From: Eledone cirrhosa
Taxonomy: Eukaryota
Assembly: GCA_964016885.1 (NCBI GenBank)
Contig: OZ024741.1
Location: 306,528,001-306,592,000 of the forward strand
DNA length: 64,000 nt
Direction of reading: 5' to 3'
Part shown: one piece after another, positions 1-15,314 of the stretch
Layout of the letters: every line of letters starts with the position of its first letter
Numbering within the stretch: position 1 is the stretch's first letter
The notes under the pieces: model-generated
What the model saw: the letters and a program-made list of their open reading frames with translations, nothing else
Database searches by the model: none
Told to the model about the DNA's origin: nothing
Position numbers and translations under genes: made by a program

Positions 1-1875
1 AAGCATCCCGTCTTAAACTCCTCCGTTATTGCCTACAAAACTATAATGAACAGGAGAGAGCTAAGAACAGAGCCCTGGTGGACACCAACCTGTATGTTAA
101 ATTCCTCTCTATAGTCATTGCTAACTCTAACTTTACTGACTGCTCCTCTATACATGGCTTCTACAGCTTTCACAAGCCATTCATCTACTCCTAATTTTCT
201 AAGAGCCCACCAGAATATAGCACGGGGGACTCTGTCGAAGGCTTTCTCCAAATCGATGAATGCCAGGTAGAGCGGCTTACTTTTAGCTAGGTACTTTTCC
301 TGAAACTGCCTCACAAGGAAGAGGGCATCAGCGGTGCCTTTTCCTAGTACAAACCCAAATTGCATCTCATCTAGTTTCACCCGGTCCCTAATCAACTGTG
401 CTATATCTCTTTCCATTACTTTCATGACCTGGTCCATCAGCTTTATACCTCTATCTAGTGCATCACCTTTACCTTTGTAGCAGTTGACAATGATGCTGCT
501 GTACCAATCCTTTGGTATGACACCCTCTATTAATACCTGGTTAACAATTTGTGTGGTTATGGTGTGACCTACCGACCCAGATGCCTTCAGCATCTCAGCA
601 GCTATACTCGATGGACCGGTTGCCTTCCCTGTCTTCATATCTTTGATTGCCTTACTTACTACACTGCTGCTGACTTGTACTGCTGGCCCCTCTATAGGGT
701 CCACTTCGGGTAGGGTCTCTTTTTCCCATGCATTCTCCTCGTTTAGTAATCTTTCATAATGGCTCTTCCATGCAGCTTTCTTCTCGGCACTTGTGAAGGC
801 AAGCTCACCATTATCATTCTGGATACACTTCTCTCCAATGACATCACAATTCTCACTGACACACTGCCTCGCAATCTTGAACACCTCCTGTTTCTGGTCC
901 TCACGTTGCAAAACATGCTTGAATTTTCTATCCTCTGCTTCCCTTCTAGCTAAGTATACTTGTTGCCTAGCTTCCCTCCTGGTCTCTATGTAATGTACCC
1001 TGCTAACCCTGTTCTTCCATTCTTTCCATGCCTGTCTCTTAGCCTTAACTGCCTCATCTACCTTATTGTTCCACCACCAAGTCATTCCTCCTCCCCGTGG
1101 ACTTGCTCCAACCACATATCTCATCCGTCACCTTTAGTAACTTATCTTTTAGGAACTCCCAGTGCTCTTCTACATTCAATGTCTCTATCTGTTCTTCTTT
1201 ACTGTCATAGTCGTCGAGTAGAATATCTTTATTTCTGTTACTGACTGAGAGGTCTTTCAGCTTCCAGATCTTTCTTCTCCAGGTTGCCTTCTGTTTCCAA
1301 GTTCGTCTAGTTCTGAGAGTGAGGTCGCTGACAACTAAGTTATGTTGCAAGGTACATTCCTCAGCAGGGAAGGCTTTTGTGTTTACAACCGTCCATCTAT
1401 CACGTCATCTGATGAGGATAAAATCTATCTGACTAGAATGCTCCCCTGATCTATAGGTGATCAGGTGGTTGTCAGGTTTTTTTAAGTTTGTGTTACATAT
1501 CGACATGTCATTAGCGTCGCAGAATTCCAGAAGCCTGAAGCCTTCTTCATTTCTTGTGCCAAATCCGTGGCCTCCATAGAAGCCGTCATGGTGCTTACCA
1601 ACGTGTCCGTTAAAATCTCCTGCAATGATTAGGAAGTCATTGTCGTTTGTTAGGGCAGTTAGTGTGCATTAGGGACTTGTAAAACCTATCCTTAAGTTCG
1701 TCTGGCAATGCTGATTGGGGTGCATAAGCTGATACTAATGTGGCAATTGTTTTATTCAGGACTAATCTGAGTTTAATGATTCTTGCGTTCACCCTGTTCA
1801 CTGAGATTACCTTATAAACCGATTTGTCAGCTAATAGTATACCTACACCTCCCATCCCGTTGTATTTCGCACCCA
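1..1875 (-). mobile_element. RTE-clade LINE fragment (AP endonuclease + reverse transcriptase), decayed
   Basis: ORFs 33..1124 and 1637..1951 carry [29 protein letters not shown] and GVHQGSVLS motifs; frameshifts present. Confidence 0.92.
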
Positions 1876-1884
1876 GAAAAAAAA

Positions 1885-1924
<40 letters not shown>

Positions 1925-3924
1925 TTCCATATTCACAGGTATGTATATCAAGATAGAAATTGGGTGAAAGTGGTAAATATAGTGATTTTCACTACATTCT
2001 CAAATTAGTGACATTTAATATGTTTAACACTAGGTTTAAAGTTATGCTTAGACAACAGAATTTCTTTACCCTGCAAATAGAATTATTTCATGGTCCAGAT
2101 ACTATGTTTTCATGATGGAAATTTAAGTTAGTAATATGAATGAAGAATAGAAATTAAAATAGAAAACCCTGTTTTAAGTAAATACAGAATACAGCCTAAA
2201 GTGGGGAGCGTGAAAATTTAAACAAACAATAAGATAATATCATCCTCTATCACATGAAATTAACAATGAAAAACAATGAAAAAACAATGAAAAAAATTAT
2301 AAAACAATGAAAATAAGGAAGAAAAACAATGAAAATAACATAGTGATAGAGGAAAAAATAATATAAAAGAAAATACATGAGAGATTAAGTGTACGTATTG
2401 AGAACTGAAAAGAAAATATGTAAGAGGTTTTATACATATATTCATGCTTATCAAGATAGACAAGGTTGATACAGTGAATTCTATCAAATACACAATCCTT
2501 CAGGAGAAATCAGCCAACTTAGTCTTTGTAATGTGCATATAAAATCCATAGTACTTATCACTTCAATTTTGGATTACCTCCTGATTGTAACCTTATTATG
2601 TAAGAAGCTGTCTGATGAGATCACGGCACTTGGCCTCTGTCATCATCAAAATATGTATCACGGCCTTATAAAGGAATTTAACATTTAAACTATTTTGTAT
2701 TTCCTTATTCTAAAAATTCTCCGTCATTCCAATGTGGAAAATGCACGTTGAGTTCTCGAATTGAATTACATCAATGTTTTACTGTATGAATTTGTTCCTA
2801 AAAGTTGAGTTCTTAATGGTGTAACCAATATATACGAAGAAATGGAGGCACCAGCTATCAGATACACCTGGAAATTCTCTCCTGTGGAACTAATTGAACC
2901 CCTACCACTGCATAATAACTGCATATACACATGTACAGATACAGAAACATATGCACGTTACACATATAACTCAAAACATACAGATCCACACATGCAATAA
3001 TACCCATACCTGCACACACACATACACACACACATGTATTTACCTAGTTGATGTTGTCTAAATTCCAATGAAAGTATCTTGTTCCTATGTTAGAAACTGG
3101 CTCTCTCCATATTGGTGAAAATTTATACATGCATGCATACATACATCCATCCATACATACATACATCCATCCATACATACATATACATGTTCTTTCGTGT
3201 TTTTATCCTTTTAATGGTTTTTGTCATGAGACTGCGGCCATGCCGGAACAGTTCCTTAATTTATTTTCTTCTGGTTTGTTGAAGACTAGAAGTTGGTCTA
3301 TAATTGAATTTATAGCAGCTGAATTTCCTTGAGCCAATCCTTTAATGTGTGGCTGTCTGGTATAGTGGTTAGGAGTTCATCCAATGCTTTTTAAATGTTT
3401 CAATCAAGGTTCCTTTTATGCTTCTGATTTCTTTGGGTAGGCAGTTCAACAGTTGAGTATTGTTAGATATCAGACTGGCACAATAGAGTATCTTTACTCG
3501 TGATTTCAAAGGTGGTATATTTAGAAGCAGGTAGTGTCTAGCAGTTTGTGCATTAAAATTTTCTTTAATGCCGAAATTTAGAACATACCCTCCAAGGATT
3601 TTTCATAGGTATATAACAGTATAGCACTCTCATCATCATTCAAGAGAGTAGAGATGTAGAGCTTTCAGATGTTTCCAGTAAATAAGGCCTTCGAACAAAG
3701 TTATTTAACTAGTGAACATTCTCTGTAACCCTTCAATTCCTTCTATGAGAAAAGGTATGTTTGGAGACCAAAATTAAAAACAGTTATCTAGTCTGCTCAG
3801 AACTAAGGTTTTCTATAGAATTAACATAACTATTGGTTCTCTTGTTATGAAGGTTCTTAGGATGCATCCTTTGAGGTCTCTGCATTTAGAGGTCAATTTG
3901 GTTACATGACACATATGATAAGAA

Positions 3925-6015
3925 AGAAGAGTCAGATATATATGACATAGAGGACAATTGGAAGTTTCTATGAGACAACTGACTTGTGGATAGTGTAAGG
4001 CTCTAGATAGACATAGGGTGACTTGGTAGTAGAACAACACTGTAGATAGAGCTGTTAAAGAAAAGAGGTTTGTGAGAAATAGAGGCAGTAAAGGCCCAAG
4101 ATTTACATTGCATACATCATATAGAGTTACTATCTACTCTTTTTCTACATATTTAGCAAGGCCACTTTCCTGTGGGATCAGGGTCTTGTCTTTTTTCCTG
4201 CTTACCAGAACTTTATTATTTCCCAAGTTTACTCTAAGCTCTTTTGATTCTAAGTTCTGTTTCCAGAGCCAGAAGTTTTTCTCTAGCTCTTCCACAGATT
4301 TGACTATTAGAACTAGGTTCTACAGGAGTTCCTATGAGCAGCCTCTCTTAAACTCCTCTGGTATGGCCTGGAGAACTATAATAATGGAAGTGGACTGAGG
4401 ACCAAACCCTGAAGAAACACTCACCTGCACTCTGAATTCCTTACTAAACTCATTGCCTATTCTTCCCTTACTAACAGCTCCTTTGTACATTGCTTGCACT
4501 GCTCATACAAGCCACCTTCCACAACTAGTTTCTTTAAGAACCACCAGATGACGGATTGAGGTACTCTGTCAAAAGCCTTCTGTAGATCAACAAAAGCTAA
4601 ATATAGTGGTTTATTCTTAGCTAGGAAATTTTCAGTTGTCTCACTAGAAAAAGGGCAACTGTAGTACTTCTCCTTGGCACAAAACTGAACTACATCTCAT
4701 CTAATTTAACTCTTTCCCCAATTAGTTGTGCTGAGACTCTTTCTGTCACTTTCTGTCAATTAGTTTTATGCCCTTGTTTTATGCTCCTTTCTAGTGCATC
4801 ACCTTTTCCCTTGTAACAGTTGATGAGTACACTACTACATTAGTCATTGGATATGATTCCATCTTGTACTACCTGAGTTTAGGCAACTAAACTCTTATTT
4901 CCCCAGAAGATTTCAGCATTCCAGCAACTATTTCTGATGGCCTGGCAGCCTTACCATCTTTCATCTCCTTGGTTGCTTCCTTAACTCTATAACTCAATTT
5001 AAATAGTTGGTCCATCTTTGCATTCAGCTGGAAGTATCTCTCTTCCTCCCACTCATTCTCCACATTCATAAGCTCTCATAATAACATTTCCAAACCTTCA
5101 TTTGGGTGTTGTGATGCTGAGTGTGCCATTCTCTAATGACATCCAGACACACTGCTTAGCAATGTGGAACAACTCACATCTCTGATACTCACATAGCAAG
5201 ACGCTGGCAGATTATGAGTGTGCTATGTGTGCTACTTATATCTGTCATCTAGCTTCTCTTTTAGCTACAAGAGGTGTAGTTGTATAGTTGGCAGACTAAC
5301 AGAAAAGGTAAACTTTGTATATGGCAGATGCACAGGGATAGTTAGTAGTAAGAACACAAGCAAAATAAACATTTTCCAATCCCAGGAAGGCTCCATATGA
5401 GTAGTTAATAGCTTCTGTTACCTAATAGATAAAATTAGTGAGGAAGGAGGCTGTACTGAAAGCATAATAACTAGAGTAAAAACAAAATGGAAATAGTTCA
5501 GAGAGCTGCTACCTTTGTTGACAACAAAATGTTTTTCTCTATGCAAGAAAGGTTGGCTGTATGATGCATGTGGACGAAGTGAAATGTTGCATGGTAGTGA
5601 GACATGGGCAGTGGATGTGGAAGATATGCAAAGGCTGGAGAGAATTGAAGCAAGCACACTTCGATGGATATGCAAGGTTAAAGTATATGAAACACAAAGC
5701 ATACATGAGCTGAGAGAGAGGCTTGATATGAGAGGAATTAGATGTAGTGTGCAGGAGAGAAGACCGCACTGCCATATGATGCATATGGATGATGAGTGTT
5801 GGGTGAAGAAGGGCCACACAATCCCAGTGGAAGGGAGATGTGGTAGAGAGAGACAAAGAAAGACCTGTGCAGAGGTTGTCGGAGCTCATTTTTAATCACT
5901 GAGTCTCAAAGAAGAGATGACAAAGGACTGAGACAATTGGGGAGATGGTCCAAGAAAGAATCTTTCCAACTCATGCAAACATGGAAAATGGATGTAAAAC
6001 AATAATGATGATGAT
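3925..6015 (+). mobile_element. RTE LINE copy with an internal inversion (~4090-5265), ending in a GAT tail
   Basis: Plus-strand VTW..NNTVDRAVKEKR, then a minus-strand RT block, then plus-strand KRCS..MLHGSETWAV (ORF 5515..5895) and tail aataatgatgatgat. Confidence 0.8.
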
Positions 6016-6607
6016 TTAGTGCCTGGTAAAAGATGCATCATCTGACATGATTATTACTAAGTCCCATATGTCAGAGTCCTGAATAGCCATGTTATCTGGT
6101 GTCAAATAATGTGCATGTGTGTATCACCTCCATATTGAAGATACATTTTCATCTGCCGATTGGAGTGTGATTGCATCTTCTAAAGTTTGAATAACCATGA
6201 ATACTTTTGTGTCATTGACATAACTTTTTAGATTGGCTAAGTGTACTTGTGAACTTAGCTGACGGTGATGATAAATAATAATTGTTTCTACTTTTGGCAC
6301 AAGGCCAGCAATTACCCAGTGTATTACTGGTACTTTATTTTATTGACCCTGTAAGGATGAAAGGCAAAGTTAACCTCGGCGGATAATTAATAATGGTGCT
6401 AGAACTGTGCTCTGAGATATACCACTTATTATAGGTGACTTTACAGAGAGAAAACTGTTTTCAGCAACAGATTGATTCCTACCCTATAGGAAGTCAAAGA
6501 GCCATACTCTGAGTTTTGCTGTGATAGCAAGATCCCTTACACTATGACAGATGATTCTATGATCAACTTGTCAAATGCTTTAGCAAAATCAAGGTATTAG
6601 CAGTTAG

Positions 6608-6948
6608 TGAAGGCGCATGGCTTAGTGGTTAGAGCATTGGGCTTGCAATCGAAAGGTTGTGAGTTCAATTCTCAGACCAGGTGATGTGTTGTTTCTTTGA
6701 GCAAGACACTTTATTTTCACATTGCCCCAGTTTACTCAGCTGTAGAAATGAGATGATAGGACTGGAGTCCCTATCATTCCACTGTAAAGTGAACATGTAG
6801 GCGCCATGGCAAAAAAGCACCCAGCACTCACTGTAAATGAGGTTGGTGTTAGGAAGGGCATCCAGCTGTAGAAATCGAGCCAGAATCAGTTCCCATCCCA
6901 CCCTTGCAAGCAGGGAAAAGCGGACGTAAAATGATGATGATGATGATG
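6608..6948 (+). mobile_element. tRNA-derived SINE with an RTE-type 3' end
   Basis: A-box tggcttagtggttag, B-box gagttcaattc, central ttgagcaagacactt, 3' cttgcaagcagggaaaagcggacgtaaaa(tga)n matching local RTE ends. Confidence 0.8.
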
Positions 6949-8689
6949 TCCATACTTCTAAGGTTAGTGTTATGGTGCTGTAACAGGTGTGTCAGGTAAC
7001 CACAGATCCTGTCCCAAATCTCTACTGTTTATCATCTAAAAGGTTGTTTTCCTTGTAGATAATTATTCTTTTTCGGACAATACATTCTACAATTTTAGAT
7101 ATGTGAGATCTGAGTGAAACAGGTCAGTGGTGTTTATCTTCAGGCCTATTACCTCATTTGTGTATAGGCGTTACTGTTGCTTCTGTCGGCTTTTGGAATA
7201 GCTTCTTTAATGGTTTGGCGAGGTTGTTTTTGTACATTTTTAACAATCAGTTTGAGAGACCATCTAGTGCTGGTGCTGGGTTTGAATCCAGATCATTAAT
7301 ATTTGCAAGTATCTTCTATATTATCTCTAATTCTGGGGATCAAATAATTTGTTAATTATAAGTTGGAAAAATGCAGTTATATTATTGACTCGTTATGTAT
7401 AGTGAGTATATCATTCATTTTGGTCCATTACTGAGACAAGCTATTTATGGGTAGATGAGTTTTCTTTAGCAAAGTGGATAAAGAACATAGAATTAGCCTT
7501 TATATTCTTCACTACTTGGTATTCCTTTTAGCAAAATTTCTATTTCATAAGAATTCTTACAGTTATATTTTATTAGTTTTCTTTTCACATTGTCATTTGT
7601 TGAAAGAGTTTGGTTTTATAGTTGTTGTTTCAGTTGAGTTCTGTTGTGCATTAGTATTTATCTATCTCATGGAATCAAATTTCTGTGGAAATAGGCATGT
7701 TAACAATGAAGTTGCCAATACTCTGAGACTAGTTTATTGTGAGAATCTCAGTATCCATTTCCTTCCAGTTTGCCTTCCTGAAATTCAAGTTCATGAGAAG
7801 TGAGTCATATTTGATGTCATTTGTGTTTGTTTCCATCTTTGAACCATATATACAGATATTTGTATCATGTTGTAGTCAGAAAGAGCTGTTAGAATATCTA
7901 AACATTGTAAATAAAGTGTGTATTGGTGGTCAAGACTAGGTTGAGCTTGTTATTTCCTATAGTTGGACAGGTAATTTGTTGCATGAGCAGGACTTCACTT
8001 CTACTAGCACTCCCTAGTAGTATCCTCACTATCACTGCACACTCCATCCCATCCATACCTCTTCCAGTATCACTCTTTAGCTACTCCTAGGTACCTCACT
8101 ATCGCACCATAGTAGCTACTCACTCCACCTCTATGCACATCCTCCACTATCAATAAGCTATTTTCCATCAATACACTATGCTCCCTTCCTGATACTGATG
8201 AGTGCCCTCTCTCCTATCTCTCCACTATCTCTGCTTAGGTATTCTCATCACCCTTTCCTCCTATTCATCACCCCCCCAAAAAACACCACAATTACCTTAC
8301 GTCCATAACTTCATACATATTTTAGTTCTTCCCTGTTCCTTCTAACTCATACAGAGCAGTGGGAGCTTTTCAATTGGACCTACAACCTATCTAGAGTTGG
8401 TGCCACGAAAATGCATCCAGTACACACTTTAAAGTGGTTGGCAATAAAAAGAGCACCTCATTGTAGAAATCATGCTTAAAAGGGTTGAGAGGACCGTTCA
8501 GTACAACAACCTCCCTAGTGTTGGTAATCTATACAATAAATGTATCCAGTACATGTAAAGTGGTTGGTGATTGGAAGAGCATTCAGCTGTAGAATGTTTT
8601 CCAAACAAAGAATTGAGAGAACCCTTCAGTTGAGTCAAAGTCAGGACAACTTCTTTAATGCTGGTGCCTTGACAAAATACACTTGGTAG

Positions 8690-11205
8690 AACATGGGACC
8701 AGTCTTCTCTCCCACACAGTTTCTCTCTCAACTTGTCTATGCTTCGTCGTTCACGCACAATGACATTGCACATCCATCGGAGAATGCTTGCTTCACTTCT
8801 CTCCTGCTGTTGCATATCCTCCACAGTTGCTGCCCATGTCTCACTACCATGCAGCATCATGCATCTTACACAGACATCATATAACCGGACTTTCATTCAT
8901 AGGGAGAAACTCTTCTTTGTCAACAGAGGAAGCAGCTCCCTAAACTTCTTTCAACCCGTCCTTATTCTAGATATTATGGCCTTGGAGCGCCCTCCTCCCT
9001 TGCTAATCTGATCACCTAGATATCACAAGCTAACAACCACCTCTATAGATCCTACTTGCATTTGAAAGATTTGTCTATAACTGCCACTTCTACTATCAAA
9101 TTTCCCTGAATATCTACTGCATATGTAGTTTTCCCTACCTGTTAGTTTGCCTGCTATCCCACTACACCTCTTGTGTACCCAAGATCTGCATTGTGTGCAT
9201 TTTATAGAGTTTATGCCAATTCCTTTTCTACATATCGAACAGAGTTTTGTCCTCTTTACTACTTATCAACACTTTAGATTTTGCTAGGTTCACTATCAGT
9301 CCTCTTGATTCCAGCTTCTGTTTCCACAACCAGAATTTATTCTCTAGCACCTCTATTGATTCTGCTATAAATACCAGATTGTCAGTATTGAGAAGTTCCC
9401 ATGGGCAGCCAGTATTAAACTCGGGCTGTATCTGGAATTACTCACTAAACTCCATTCCTACTCTCACTTTACTGACAGCACCTCTGTACATACCTTGCAC
9501 TGTCCTCACAAGCCATTCCTCTACACCTAGTTTCCTTAGGGACCACCAGATGACATATCGGGGTAATCTGTCAAAGGCCTTCCCTAGGTCAACAAAAGCT
9601 AAGTAAAGTGGCTTATTTTTCTCTCAGAACCTCTCTTGTAATTGTCTCACTAAGAAGAGGACATCTGTTGTACTTTACCCAGGCACAAAACCAAAATGCA
9701 TCTCATCTAATTTGAACCTTTCTCTAATTAGTTGTGCTGGCATTCTTTGTCACTTTCATAACCTGATCCATCAGTTTTATGCCCCTATAATTGCTCCTCT
9801 CCAGAGCATCCCCTTTACCTTTGTAGCAATTTATGAGAATACTGCTGCACCAGTCTTTGGGTATGACTCCACCAAATATAGCTTGATTGATGATGCGTGC
9901 AACCAGTTTAGTTCCTACTTCTTCTGATGCCTTCAGCATCTCAGCAACTATCCCTGACGGTCTAACGGCCTTACTACTTTTCCTTTTCTTAATTGCCTCT
10001 TTGACCCTATAGTCATCAATCTCAATAGCTGGTCCCTCTGTTGGGTCTACTGGGGGTAGTTTCTCTCCCCCTCATTCATTCTCCACATTCATCAGTCTCT
10101 CATAATGACATTTCCAGGCCTCCTTTTTCTGAGCATCAGTGACACTAAGTGCTCCAGCATCATTTTAGACACACTTATCTCCAACAACATCCTGATTTAC
10201 ACTGACACACTGCCTTGCAATGCAGAAAACCGCACGTCACTGATCTTCTTGGCAAACCTCCTACTCTCAGCCTCCGTGCATGCTGAGTATAACTGACATC
10301 TAGCCTCTCTTTTAGCAGCTGAGTATCGGTCTCTATTCCCACCATTTTTCCAAGCCTTCCATGCTAGTCTTTTGTCTTTAATGGCTCTATCTACCATGCT
10401 GTTCCACCACCAGGTCACCTTCTGTCTGGTTGGAGCACTGCTCCAGCAACATGTCTCTTCAGTAGCCTGCAGTAAGTTGTCACGTAAGAACTTCCAGTTA
10501 TCATCTATATCATACGATTCTAATTCGTCTTCTTTCTCATCATACACATCTTGAAGGGCTTTCCTAAATTTACACTTTAGTGAAAGGTCTTTTAACATCG
10601 AGACCTTCCTTTTCCACACCTTCCTGTGTGTCTCATTCTGTCTCTTGCTTATTGAGATGTCATTAACGACTAACCTATGTGTGGAGGGGGAGGGGGGTAC
10701 ATTCTTCACCTGGGTATGCCTTAGTATTTGAAACCACCTGTCTGTCTTGTTGCCTAGCTAGCTTATGTGCTCGCCTGATTGGTAGGTCATTAGGTAATTG
10801 GTAGGTTTCTTGAAGTTAAGTGTTGCAAATGGTTAGTTCACTTGCATTAAAAAATTCAAAAAACCTCACTCCTTCGTTTCTTGAGCCATAACCATGACCA
10901 CCATGTACCCCAGTGTATCCATCCTGGAGCTGTCCGACATGACCATTGAAGTCACCTACTAGTATAACTAGATCTCTGTCCTCTGTCACTGTGGTTGGCT
11001 CTAGAGGTTGCTCGTAAAAGCAGTTGTTCTCTTCTTTACCTAGGCCCACTTGGGGAGCATAGGTAGAGATAACTGTCAGTAGTCTATTGCCTACAACTAA
11101 TCTAATCTTAATTATTCTATTACTTACTCTAATTACCTCTATTGTGTTATTGATCCACCTCTCAGCCAGTAAAATGCCTACCCCACCTAACCCATCATCA
11201 TTTCC
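8690..11205 (-). mobile_element. RTE LINE, decayed (EN, RT and C-terminal part)
   Basis: ORFs 10816..11049 (GDFNGHVG), 10197..10709 (VTWWWN), 9724..9939 (NYRGIKLMDQ), 8498..8896 (LHGSETWA). Confidence 0.9.
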
Positions 11206-12735
11206 TACCCAGAGAAGAATTTCAACAACCTGATCCCCCTCTTACAAACATGACTCTTTAGTCCTGCCAAAGAGTTACATTCCTTTCTGCATATGCTGCT
11301 GTGATGAACATTACTTCCACTGTTTTGTTTTGGTGAATTTTCAAATGACATTGAGGTCCACTGGCTGAGGCACATTATTTTCCACACTTCCAGAAATGCC
11401 AAAGAGACCATACTCGGCAACATTTTGTACATGGCTTCCATGATGACTTCTAAGACCAGCTTTACTGAGGTTAATTCGGCCACACTCATTGCACATGAAG
11501 TCATTTTGGGCTTCTGAAAATTCAGGTAAAGTAATATCATGTAGACTCTTACACCGATCCCTCTTTAATTTTTCATGTTTCACACAAGATTTTTCAAATT
11601 TCTGTTTTCCATTAAACACTGTTTTCCTGCAATATGATCAATCCATTTAACTTCTCTTATTTTTTACTTTATCAAAGCTATTTGATGCAGTTTTTATACC
11701 TGAGTTTTGGTTTATGCCTTGGCCATTTGCCTTTGACTATCTCCCCGTACAGCAAGTGCTTAGGAATACAATGATCTGGCATTCCTACAACATGGCCACT
11801 CCAGCACAATATTTATTGAATTGTTAGAGATTCAAAATGAATTTTTTCCAGTACTTCAACATCACTCATACGTGATTGCCAATGGATACCAAGTATTCGG
11901 CAAAGACACTGCTGATGAAAATGTTCAAGCATTTTTACATTTCACTGGTATATAACCCAAGTTTCCCACGCATACAACAATGAAAACAATACACATGTTC
12001 TATACACCTTAACTTTGTATCAGTGGAAATCCTACATCAACACCAGAGAATCACTTGCTTTCTTTAGTCATAATGAGATTTCATCAAGGGTGTTTGTCAT
12101 GTTAATTGCACTGCCTAAATACACAAATGTATCAACAACCTTTAATGTTTTGCCATACACATAAATAATAAGCCTCCAAAAAGAAATGAATCCATCAAAT
12201 TAGAATCCACCAAAAATGAATCAACAACAAGATTACAGTCATCTGCATACAAGAATTCCTGAATTAAAGAAGTGAGCACCTTCGTTTTGGCAGCAAACTG
12301 TCTGATGTTAAACAACTTGCCTGTTGAAGGGTACTTGATGTAAATTCCATGTGTGCAGTCCTTAAATACCATAAAGAAAACCATAAGGAAATATAATGGA
12401 AACAGTGTAGGTTCTAGTATATCTCTTTGTTTTACCCCATTTTCAAAACAAAATGGGATCTAACACCTGTCCCTCTATATTGACACAAACTTGCATACCA
12501 TCATGAAAGCCTCTAAAAACTGATACAAACTTGTCAGGAGAACCAAGCTTAGTCAGAATCTTCATAAAGGCAGTTTTATTCACCTTAGCAAAAGCTTTTG
12601 TCAAGTCAACATGATACAAATCCCTTCCCTATTCAATGCAATTTTTCTATAGTTGTCTCACAGAGAAGACCATGTCTGTTGTCCCTTTGCCACTTCTAAA
12701 GCCACATTGTGACTCAGGAAGAACATTGCCATGAT
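11205..12735 (-). mobile_element. BovB-type RTE LINE fragment with C-terminal zinc-finger-like motifs
   Basis: SQCGFRSGKGTTDMVF, GKLFNIRQFAAKTK, EFLYADDC; C-terminal CNECG..GLRSHH and CRKEC..GLKSH. Confidence 0.8.
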
Positions 12736-13129
12736 CCCCCCACCCCCCACTCACTTTTCAAGTTTTCTGAAGGCTACAGAAGCCCTCTAAATGTGCAGGT
12801 GTATTTCGGCATCCGGTGAACCATCCCTCGACAATGCACTTTCCAGGTAAACAAAAGTGTCAACTACACCCAACCTAGTTCTATAGACCATTATATTTAA
12901 TGCACTGGGTAATTGCTGGCCTTGTGCCTAAAGTAGAAACAATTATATTTGGCTCAATATATGCTTCCTCTGGTGATGGGGTGAACATTACTTTAATTTT
13001 TCAGATTAATTTTCATACTAAATGCATTTCAAGAAGCTGCAAAACAATCCATGATGTGTTGTATATATATATGTTGTATATATATGATGATGATATATAC
13101 TTATATATATATATTTATATATAAGTATA

Positions 13130-14765
<1,636 letters not shown>

Positions 14766-15314
14766 AAACATTGGATTAACTCCAGATGCTCTACATCCTT
14801 CGCACCTACTGATTATGAACTTGCATTGGGCTTAAGCTTCCCTTTGCCAAACATATAGTTGTTTTCTCAACTCATCTGAACTTTTATATTTGCACACTTG
14901 CACCTCTCTAAGACAATGTCACTGGATCAAGATCTTTGGCACTATGCAGTAATACAGAAGACTCGCCTTCCCTTATGTACGAACTTCAACCTACACTCAG
15001 TAGACACCTCTTAACCCAATATACACCCCACCACACACCCCACACTCCATCATCCCACATCACCCTTTCTCTGTAAAGTTATGTTGGTACCACAGAACAT
15101 TCAGCCAACACTAAAGTGGTCATGTAGGAGACACGGTAAAAAGCACCCAGCACACACTGTAAATGTGGTTGGTGCTAGGAAGGGCATCCATCCATAGAAA
15201 ACCAGCCAGATACAGTCCTATATGAGCGAGACACGGTTACCCGACCCAACTTACCTCAAGTGGAACAAACCCATCTAACCCATGCTATCGTGCAAGATAG
15301 ACATTAAATGATGA

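Larger units (their letters stand above)
3330..7980 (-). mobile_element. Old CR1/L2-group LINE, interrupted by an RTE copy and SINEs
   Basis: Minus-strand remnants: GNNKLNLVLTTN (~7930-7960), LDFAKAFDKL (~6565-6595), IIMSDDASF (~6025-6060), LVLSRLD..WSP and KALHLYSLE (~3640-3810); many stops. Confidence 0.65.

Noticed and set aside
2700-2930. Short open frames on both strands as a possible host exon
   Set aside because: No recognisable motif and no convincing pair of splice sites; left unassigned.
6608-6690. tRNA gene candidates (A/B boxes here and in many units)
   Set aside because: They are SINE heads that run into SINE core and tail sequence; no convincing cloverleaf.
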